64,000 nt of DNA from Octopus bimaculoides (lineage: Eukaryota). Every line of letters starts with the position of its first letter. Position 1 is the first letter of the stretch. The translations under genes were made by a program, and so were the position numbers. This document shows, one piece after another, positions 55,051 to 64,000 of the stretch. The stretch is taken from assembly GCF_001194135.2 (NCBI RefSeq), contig NC_068983.1:27562298-27626297 (forward strand), in the 5' to 3' direction. The notes beneath the pieces are model-generated. The model did not search any database and was not told where the DNA came from. It was given only the letters and a program-made list of their open reading frames with translations.

Positions 55051-55321
55051 TCTACAGTCACAGCCATATCTCACTACTAGAATTTGCTGAAACTGTCTTT
55101 GGGAATCTAGCATGCAACGGCTTTTCCTGCCAGTCAGATAGTTTCTGTTCTTTTTTCTCTTGTGAGTTTTGTTCATTTTGTTGTGTATTTATTGTATAAG
55201 TTTATTCTTGCATGTTTTTGGAGTGTTGTTGCATAGTAGTTTGTCTGTGTAACTCCTAAATCAACTATTTCATTGTATTTATGATTATCTGTCCTTTTGC
55301 TTCGATTATCTGTTCTTGTGC

Positions 55322-55343
55322 TTAGTTTTGTTAATTATTATTA

Positions 55344-55398
<55 letters not shown>

Positions 55399-55402
55399 CA
55401 TT
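55322..55402. repeat. (TTA)n array
   Basis: Visible run. Confidence 0.95.
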
Positions 55403-55409
55403 ACCACTT

Positions 55410-55680
55410 ACATTACCATCTTCTTTCAATCCTGTTTCCTTTTCTTGTTGGTTAATTCAATCTTACCCGTTAATACAATCTTTTGCGCTTCCTGCATCAA
55501 TGGTAATCCAGGGATCAGGATCATTCTTAAATAATTTTCAGTTCCTTTACTGATCATTTCAAGTGCAACTACATCACTGGTATTGTAGCTGTCGTGAGAT
55601 GCTATCTTTGCTCCAACTACTGTGTAGTATTATTAAATGTTGTTCAGTTTTTTCTGTTATCGGATCTACCAAAAAGTGGT
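55410..55680 (-). mobile_element. R4/Dong-like RLE C-terminus and 3' UTR, decayed
   Basis: Minus strand with frameshifts: TIPV..ALEMISKGTENYLRMI..PGLPLMQEAQKIVLTG, the same motif order as 23900-24036. Ends against (AAT)n. Confidence 0.55.
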
Positions 55681-56189
55681 TTAAAGTTAGATTTTTGGGC
55701 CTTTTTATATATGAAAATTTTTGTGAGGTTTACCAATCAAGTGAGAAGAAAGAAAATCTTTTTGAGAAGAAGGAGGCGGTAAAGAGACGTGGTAAAGAGG
55801 AGGTAAAGAGATATTGGTATGGTCAGACTTGTTTGTTTAGTACTTAGTGACCTTTTAAGTGTGGAGAAGGAAAACGAATTTTTGTATTTGAATTGGTCAA
55901 TGTTTTAATTTAAAAACCAGATATTTTTGACTTTCTTCAGTAAAAATTATAAATGCATTTCCATGTCTTGTTTTTTTATTCTTTTGTATTCATTAATGTG
56001 TGGAGGTATAGAAGTGTGCTTTTTGATATTAGTGTGGTCAAGTTTTTGTTGTAGTCAAGGTTCTTAATTGAAAAACCAGATGTTGTTTTTGACTTTCTTC
56101 AGTAACAATTTATTCTTTTGTATTCATTAAAAAATAATTGTACGGATGTGCTCAACTTTTTTGATTGAATTCTGACTAATTTATTATTC

Positions 56190-56252
<63 letters not shown>

Positions 56253-56316
56253 GTTGGTAGATAGGTTGGTAGGTAGGTAGGTAGGTAGGTAGGTAGGTAG
56301 GTAGGTAGGTAGGTAG
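56190..56316. repeat. (AGAT)n-(AGGT)n array
   Basis: Visible run. Confidence 0.95.
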
Positions 56317-56815
56317 GAATGTAGATAGAAAGATAGATAGATATGTCTATATCTCCGTTTATGTATGTACATAGCTTTACAGCAATCTATCTCAAAGTGA
56401 AAGTGCATAGGCTTCTATAAACTTATCTTAGAGTTACATCTTTAGTCAAAAAATGTCAATTTATATCAAGGCTAATGAAGCCAAAGCTATGATTTGACAT
56501 TTTCATTTTTCTTCCAAAGGTGATCCAGTAAAATGAACGTTCTCGTAGCTTAAGCTTCAGAGAATATGACAATATCTCAAAGCCAAAGAGCATGCCATAA
56601 AAAAAACGTACTGTTTGAATATAAAAAAAAGCAAACACAACGGCAAAACGACAGAGGGAATGTAAAAATGGAGAAAGTGAGAGATTAAATAATGTAAAAA
56701 AAAATGAAACGGCATCGTATTCTATAAAATATCAGTAAATCATAATTACCATTGTTTTATGAAGCAACGCATACCGTTACTTCTACTTCTACTTCAACAG
56801 TACCAACGACAACAG

Positions 56816-56888
56816 TAATAATAATAATAATAATAATAATGATAATAATAATGATAAGAAGAGGAAGACGAAGGACAACAAAAACAGC

Positions 56889-56974
<86 letters not shown>
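56816..56974. repeat. (AAT)/(AAG)/(AAC)/(AAT) compound array at the LINE 3' end
   Basis: Visible run. Confidence 0.95.
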
Positions 56975-56975
<1 letters not shown>

Positions 56976-58205
56976 TCGTTCGTTTTATTGGCCACAAGGG
57001 CTAATATCAATTAAAAACATATAAGGACAAAGATAGGACGAAGGTTACAAAAGGTTTTGTCCGAAAAGGTAGGAAAGTTCGTCTAAACAGAGGAAGAAAA
57101 CGGAGAAAGATATGATGAATAAATAGATAAATAAATAGATAAATAAATAAGTAGAAACCCCCGAAGGGGGAGGCGCTTCGAAAGAGGAAAGGTTACACGT
57201 GGAAAAACCCATAAAACCACGGGAGCCTGGTCAGAAANNNNNNNNNNNNNNNNNNNNNNNNNNNNNNNNNNNNNNNNNNNNNNNNNNNNNNNNNNNNNNN
57301 NNNNNNNNNNNNNNNNNNNNNNNNNNNNNNNNNNNNNNNNNNNNNNNNNNNNNNNNNNNNNNNNNNNNNNNNNNNNNNNNNNNNNNNNNNNNNNNNNNNN
57401 NNNNNNNNNNNNNNNNNNNNNNNNNNNNNNNNNNNNNNNNNNNNNNNNNNNNNNNNNNNNNNNNNNNNNNNNNNNNNNNNNNNNNNNNNNNNNNNNNNNN
57501 NNNNNNNNNNNNNNNNNNNNNNNNNNNNNNNNNNNNNNNNNNNNNNNNNNNNNNNNNNNNNNNNNNNNNNNNNNNNNNNNNNNNNNNNNNNNNNNNNNNN
57601 NNNNNNNNNNNNNNNNNNNNNNNNNNNNNNNNNNNNNNNNNNNNNNNNNNNNNNNNNNNNNNNNNNNNNNNNNNNNNNNNNNNNNNNNNNNNNNNNNNNN
57701 NNNNNNNNNNNNNNNNNNNNNNNNNNNNNNNNNNNNNNNNNNNNNNNNNNNNNNNNNNNNNNNNNNNNNNNNNNNNNNNNNNNNNNNNNNNNNNNNNNNN
57801 NNNNNNNNNNNNNNNNNNNNNNNNNNNNNNNNNNNNNNNNNNNNNNNNNNGAACAGGTAGCGCACCTCGGTAGCACTGCCAGGCGAGGGACCTTTGGAAA
57901 TTATCCATGGGCCCCGGCCCGAAGGTTCTCCTGAACAGACTGCTTAGCTGATTATCCTCGACGCCTAGAGTTTCCCCGAGAACGTCGTCGCACTTTTCTC
58001 CCACTAACCCTCTATAGAACGCTAGAGTGGAGCTACTACCGATCGCACTGCCCGCCTAACTGAGGGCGGTGAGAGCTTGGCGGCACTCGAGGTACCAAGC
58101 GCCCTTTCTCGGTCTACGTTTGATCCAGGATTGCAGCTCTGTTAAAGAAACGAGCTGCGGAAAATCGCGTCTGACGAGTATACATTCATTTACTAGCCAC
58201 ATAGG
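56975..58205 (-). mobile_element. Tx1/L1-type LINE, 5'-truncated 3' portion (zf-RVT region, gap, 3' UTR)
   Basis: Minus strand LAFYRGLVGEKCDDVLGETLG...GPMDNFQRSLAWQCYRGALPV resembles the LAW..HG.LP entry to the zf-RVT domain. After the gap is a UTR with AATAAA (56984-89) and a (TTA)n tail. Joining across the gap is assumed. Confidence 0.8.
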
Positions 58206-58539
58206 CTCACAATTATGCAACAATATGATGAACTTTAAGGAGGGTTTGAATGTCGTGTGGCGTGGGACAAAAGCAGTTGTTCAAAGACAACGAGAGGTGT
58301 AAAAACTGGTTTACGACTAAAATAGGGAGAAAATTGTAATTTATGAAATATTTAGTTATAAACCTAATGTAAAATAAAACATGCAATAATTAAAATAAGG
58401 TATAATTAAAAAAATATAAAACTTGAATAGAATTATGGATTCTCAAACATATATGGAGGAGAAAGTTGGTCCCTTGATCGGAAATATGCTAATCGATACT
58501 GAAAAGGTAATCAAGACTAAAGGTCAGAAACTGGCTAAG

Positions 58540-58745
58540 GTCACCTGACAAATAAACACTGCATTCACTTCTCGGCCAAAGGAAGGCGGCGGAACAATCT
58601 TCATGATGGACTCGGCTGAAAGCCGGATCTGCTCTAAACGTGACAGCAAATCTTCGATATAAACCCACAAGTCAGCAATAGGCGTGCCCGAGATCAGTAT
58701 GTGCAGACCAGTTTCGGCCCTTCAGTTACGTGGAAGTTGCTTTTG
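58540..58745 (-). mobile_element. Separate Tx1-type ORF2 C-terminal fragment
   Basis: ETGLHILISGTPIADLWVYIEDLLSRLEQIRLSAESIMKIVPPPSFGREVNAVF resembles the ET..H...C..W segment that follows the zf-RVT finger. Confidence 0.65.
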
Positions 58746-58774
58746 GAACACAAAACCAGCAGGCTTTAGTTAAT

Positions 58775-59250
58775 TGGAAAGTCGATTACATTAATAAACC
58801 AGCGTTTGAATTATATTTCATATAATTGACTCCAGATAGATGAAAGAAAAGTTCATCTCTTTGGAATTTAGACTCAGAATATAAATAGCTAGAATAAATA
58901 ACACACAGTTTTATTTCCTACGCTCTGTACAGTTCAGCCAGTGGGCAATGAGAAGAAGTTAGGTAGGAGGGTTAGTCTTTCCAGTACTTGAATAATACTT
59001 TATTTTAAAGCATCGAGGTTGAGATAAAAGTCAAATTGGTCTATGGCGGAATTTCAACTCGCAGATGACAGTAACTAAATAACGAAAGACATTTTGTCTG
59101 ATGATTTTAAGAGCATTAAACCGAGATTGTCAATATTAAGGTGAAGGGAATAATGGACTGAATTAGTCCCAGTACTGTGGTCGTTATTTTATGTTTTTCA
59201 GGTCCTAAACAATACAAGACTAACTCGATGCTAATAGAGTTTGAGCTTAC
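58775..59250 (-). mobile_element. Cluster of very decayed SINE family A fragments
   Basis: Remnants AAGTCGATTACAT, GATGAAAG, GGCGGAATTTCAACTC, GTCCCAGTACTG. Confidence 0.5.
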
Positions 59251-59349
59251 AATATACTGGAATGTACCTCAATAAACTAGGAATCTGCTGCTTTATTAAA
59301 TACCATAAACAACTTATTTTCAACAACTGAAATGTGAAAATATATTCTC

Positions 59350-59776
59350 CTTTCCCTCACCAGAAATATCATCATCATTCTCATCGTCGTCATCATCATC
59401 ATCATCATCATCATCGTAAACATCGTCATCATTATTATAGTCATTGTCATCATCATTTTCATCATCATTATTCGCATCATCATTTTAATCGTCATCATAA
59501 TCATCATTATCGTATCATCATCGTCATCGTCGTTGTCGTCGTCATCATCATTACCATTATCATCATCATTAACATCCTCCTCACCCCCATCACTATCTTC
59601 ACCATTATCATCGTCATCATGATCTCATAAACATCTTCATCATGATTGTCGGCATCGTCAACATCATCATTCTGATGGTCATCCTTATCATTGACATCAT
59701 CATTTTAATCTCATAATCTCATAATCTCATAATCTCGTAATTATCATTATCATAATCGCTATCATCGTCGTCGTCG

Positions 59777-59807
<31 letters not shown>

Positions 59808-59847
59808 TTTCTCACATCATCGTTATCACCACTATCATCAACCTTAC

Positions 59848-59893
<46 letters not shown>

Positions 59894-59925
59894 GTCGTCG
59901 TCGTCGTCGTCATCACCATCGTCAT
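59350..59925. repeat. Degenerate (CAT)n/(CGT)n low-complexity tract including (TAATCTCA)x4 at 59706-59737
   Basis: Visible; source of the His-rich, Met/Ile-rich and poly-Asp ORFs. Confidence 0.9.
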
Positions 59926-60381
59926 GATAATATCGATATACCCTATTGCGAAAAACACCAAGTCTCACAAAAGATAAACACGATAACATCTACCATTTTC
60001 AACATCACTAAAATTATTTTCTTGCACAACAATAGCTTTCACTTCAGTATTCTCCAATAAATTTTCAAACTACTGTAGTCAAAGCAGTGCAGTAATTGTC
60101 AAAGATTCCATTCCACGAATTATTCCAGGGAAACATGAGAAAGGATTTGTGTCAAAATAAATATAAATTGCTTACGAGTTATTAAAACGTAAAACGACAA
60201 AAGGGCCAAGATTACCGAAATAACATCCGTACACAAAACATAGACATGCATGGATACATACGTGCACATATATATACTTGCCCACACACACGCACACACG
60301 CAAATACGCACAAATGTATAACATATATTATATATACGAACACATACATACAGACATACACAGACATATATATATATATAT

Positions 60382-60414
<33 letters not shown>

Positions 60415-61670
60415 NNNNNNNNNNNNNNNNNNNNNNNNNNNNNNNNNNNNNNNNNNNNNNNNNNNNNNNNNNNNNNNNNNNNNNNNNNNNNNNNNNNNNN
60501 NNNNNNNNNNNNNNNNNNNNNNNNNNNNNNNNNNNNNNNNNNNNNNNNNNNNNNNNNNNNNNNNNNNNNNNNNNNNNNNNNNNNNNNNNNNNNNNNNNNN
60601 NNNNNNNNNNNNNNNNNNNNNNNNNNNNNNNNNNNNNNNNNNNNNNNNNNNNNNNNNNNNNNNNNNNNNNNNNNNNNNNNNNNNNNNNNNNNNNNNNNNN
60701 NNNNNNNNNNNNNNNNNNNNNNNNNNNNNNNNNNNNNNNNNNNNNNNNNNNNNNNNNNNNNNNNNNNNNNNNNNNNNNNNNNNNNNNNNNNNNNNNNNNN
60801 NNNNNNNNNNNNNNNNNNNNNNNNNNNNNNNNNNNNNNNNNNNNNNNNNNNNNNNNNNNNNNNNNNNNNNNNNNNNNNNNNNNNNNNNNNNNNNNNNNNN
60901 NNNNNNNNNNNNNNNNNNNNNNNNNNNNNNNNNNNNNTATATATAAATATATATATATATATATATTATCTAATACAGGAAACGACAAAATCCATTTCTC
61001 CTTTCCTTAGAATCCATTGAATCTAAGCAGTATCTTGATACGATTACACCACACACACATCACAGAGATGCACACACACACACACACATACGCCAAAGAG
61101 ATGCAGACAAACACACATACACACACATATATATATATATGCCATCATACACATACATACGCACATGCATATATTCTCATATTCATTCATATATAGATAT
61201 GAATATATATATACTTTTACATGTTTATACATTTTTGGCAAAAAATAGATTCCTTTTACAAATAATAAAAGAGAAGATGCAAGCAAGCCGATGTACAAAA
61301 AAAAAATGGTGAGAGATGCGGATTCTTGATGTCGTCTCTAATGTAATTTGTTGTATGTTAGAACCCCTACTTTTCAGAAAAGCTAGAAGACATCAAAGTT
61401 CAAATAATACTTAAGCTTGTTGGACAGGTTTCAAAATGAACTTGCCAATCCAGACAAAGTTTTCGCCGACAACTAAATAGTATTGATCACAACGATGACG
61501 ACAACAACAACAACAACAACAAAAGTTCTAAAAGTAAAATAAATGAGATAACAAAGTCAACAATATCAAGAAATGTATGAAATATAAAAAAAAATATCGG
61601 CGAAGGGAGAAGTGGTATTAAACAACATTACAAACAAGAAAAACAGGAAAAATATAAAAATAATATATTC

Positions 61671-61830
61671 AGTGGCTGTATGGTTAGTAGCTTGCTTACC
61701 AACCACATGGTTCTGGGTTCATTCCCACTGCGTGGCACCTTGGGCAAATGTCTCCTACTATAGCCTCGGGCCGACCAAAGCCTTGTGAGTGGATTTGGTA
61801 GACGGAAACTGAAAGAAGCCTGTCGTATAT
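61671..61830 (+). mobile_element. SINE family B, 5' half (tRNA-like head plus CORE-like segment)
   Basis: A-box-like TGGCTGTATGG, B-box-like GGGTTCATTCCC, then GGCACCTTGGGCAA resembling the CORE-SINE motif GTGACCTTGGGCAAG. Runs into (TA)n and a gap. Confidence 0.9.
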
Positions 61831-62243
61831 ATGTATATATATATATATATATATATNNNNNNNNNNNNNNNNNNNNNNNNNNNNNNNNNNNNNNNNNNNN
61901 NNNNNNNNNNNNNNNNNNNNNNNNNNNNNNNNNNNNNNNNNNNNNNNNNNNNNNNNNNNNNNNNNNNNNNNNNNNNNNNNNNNNNNNNNNNNNNNNNNNN
62001 NNNNNNNNNNNNNNNNNNNNNNNNNNNNNNNNNNNNNNNNNNNNNNNNNNNNNNNNNNNNNNNNNNNNNNNNNNNNNNNNNNNNNNNNNNNNNNNNNNNN
62101 NNNNNNNNNNNNNNNNNNNNNNNNNNNNNNNNNNNNNNNNNNNNNNNNNNNNNNNNNNNNNNNNNNNNNNNNNNNNNNNNNNNNNNNNNNNNNNNNNNNN
62201 NNNNNNNNNNNNNNNNNNNNNNNNNNNNNNNNNNNNNNNNNNN

Positions 62244-62298
<55 letters not shown>

Positions 62299-63223
62299 CA
62301 TATATATGTAATATATATATACATATTCATATGTAAGCACACACATACATATATATATGTATACATAGATATGTATACATATATATATATATATATTTAC
62401 ACATATATACATGCATACATATCTGTGTGTGTGCGCGCGTGCTTGTATGCGTGTGTGTTATTTTCGTGTTTATATTTTCGGAAATTTTCTATCGTCTCTC
62501 CTTTTCAGTCCTTCAACGTAGCTTGTTAACCATCTATTTAGCCTAAATCTTCTGGAGGTCATTAGCTTCTACTTAAGACAAGAGTACTTTCTATTAGATG
62601 GGCACCAACTAATAGAGCTGTCAGAGGGTCAACAGAAAATGTCACGCTTATCGACAACAAATGTTTCCAATAATAGTGTAATTATAGTAATACGTTGCTC
62701 TTGAGTTGATGGTGATGTCAGCGGAACATTGTTTTGATGAAATCTGAGATGAGTTGTATATTCAGCATATTCGTCCCGTAAAATCAACGTTCTAGTTTAA
62801 CATCAGAGCTTATTCTCCAATCCATTTTCTTTAAAAGAGATAACAAAATATAAATCAATTGAATATATTATTCACAATGTAACACCAGCCCATTGAATGA
62901 TCATTAAGGAATTGTATGGGACACTTACGCCAACACAGAAACAGCCCTTTTTATCATTCCCTCTATCTGTCTCTGTCTCTGTCACTGTCTCTCTCTCTTT
63001 CTGTATGTATAGATATATATAACTAACATGTCATGCGTGTGTGTGAGCGTGTGTTGGTGTATCATTATATCATTTGATATACGCGATTTACAAAATAATT
63101 AACACTTCCATGACTTAGAGATATGAGAAATTAGTAGGTTTATGTAAACTGCCAAATATGTTCGAGTAATCTTTCAGGCTCAGTACTTGAACATACATGA
63201 CATATTAATTATATATATATATA

Positions 63224-63255
<32 letters not shown>

Positions 63256-63819
63256 NNNNNNNNNNNNNNNNNNNNNNNNNNNNNNNNNNNNNNNNNNNNN
63301 NNNNNNNNNNNNNNNNNNNNNNNNNNNNNNNNNNNNNNNNNNNNNNNNNNNNNNNNNNNNNNNNNNNNNNNNNNNNNNNNNNNNNNNNNNNNNNNNNNNN
63401 NNNNNNNNNNNNNNNNNNNNNNNNNNNNNNNNNNNNNNNNNNNNNNNNNNNNNNNNNNNNNNNNNNNNNNNNNNNNNNNNNNNNNNNNNNNNNNNNNNNN
63501 NNNNNNNNNNNNNNNNNNNNNNNNNNNNNNNNNNNNNNNNNNNNNNNNNNNNNNNNNNNNNNNNNNNNNNNNNNNNNNNNNNNNNNNNNNNNNNNNNNNN
63601 NNNNNNNNNNNNNNNNNNNNNNNNNNNNNNNNNNNNNNNNNNNNNNNNNNNNNNNNNNNNNNNNNNNNNNNNNNNNNNNNNNNNNNNNNNNNNNNNNNNN
63701 NNNNNNNNNNNNNNNNNNNNNNNNNNNNNNNNNNNNNNNNNNNNNNNNNNNNNNNNNNNNNNNNNNNNNNNNNNNNNNNNNNNNNNNNNNNNNNNNNNNN
63801 NNNNNNNNNNNNNNNNNNN

Positions 63820-63953
63820 AGAAGAAGAAGAAGAAGAAGAAGAAGAAGAAGAAGAAGAAGAAGAAGAAGAAGAAGAAGAAGAAGAAGAAGAAGAAGAAGA
63901 AGAAGAAGAAGAAGAAGAAGAAGAAGAAGAATACGAGGAGGAGGAGGAGGAGG
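63820..63953. repeat. (AAG)n-(GAG)n array
   Basis: Visible run; source of the poly-R/S/L ORFs. Confidence 0.95.
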
Positions 63954-64000
63954 AAATAACACCATAGTAATAGGATGCTAAATGGTCCGCCACCTGCTTC

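Noticed and set aside
58435-58506. ATG-started MDSQTYMEEKVGPLIGNMLIDTEK ending at AAG|GTAATC, faintly Dpy-30-like
   Set aside because: It lies between two antisense Tx1 fragments and is probably their reverse strand; the motif match is only a few residues.
61696-61856. Cys/His-containing peptide RLLSVSVYQIHSQGFGRPEAIVGDICPRCHAVG
   Set aside because: It is the antisense translation of SINE family B; related text recurs at 27879-28145 and 31370-31573.

Overview
AT-rich, microsatellite-saturated eukaryotic draft-assembly DNA with 14 N-gaps. The SINE families and repeat make-up look like an octopus genome such as Octopus bimaculoides; this is an inference, not a database match. No host protein-coding gene can be identified with confidence. 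Almost every long ORF in the supplied track is a microsatellite translation, a run through an N-gap or a transposon relic. The window holds: Tx1/L1-type LINE pieces (5' half at 4.7-6.9 kb; 3' end at 57-58.7 kb), R4/Dong-type restriction-like endonuclease (RLE) LINE 3' ends (22.9-24.0 kb; 55.5 kb), a decayed Penelope-like RT/GIY-YIG element (49.4-52.0 kb), five Tc1/mariner-superfamily derivatives and many copies of three tRNA-headed SINE families (called A, B and C here). The strongest unexplained signals are: (1) a well-formed type I hammerhead ribozyme fold on the minus strand at 45273-45354; (2) SINE family A shares its 3' terminus with the local Tx1 LINE, and three of its four long-tailed copies sit at an identical GTTTC junction inside other SINEs, suggesting a target-biased SINE/LINE partnership; (3) a mariner derivative built from two left ends facing each other.
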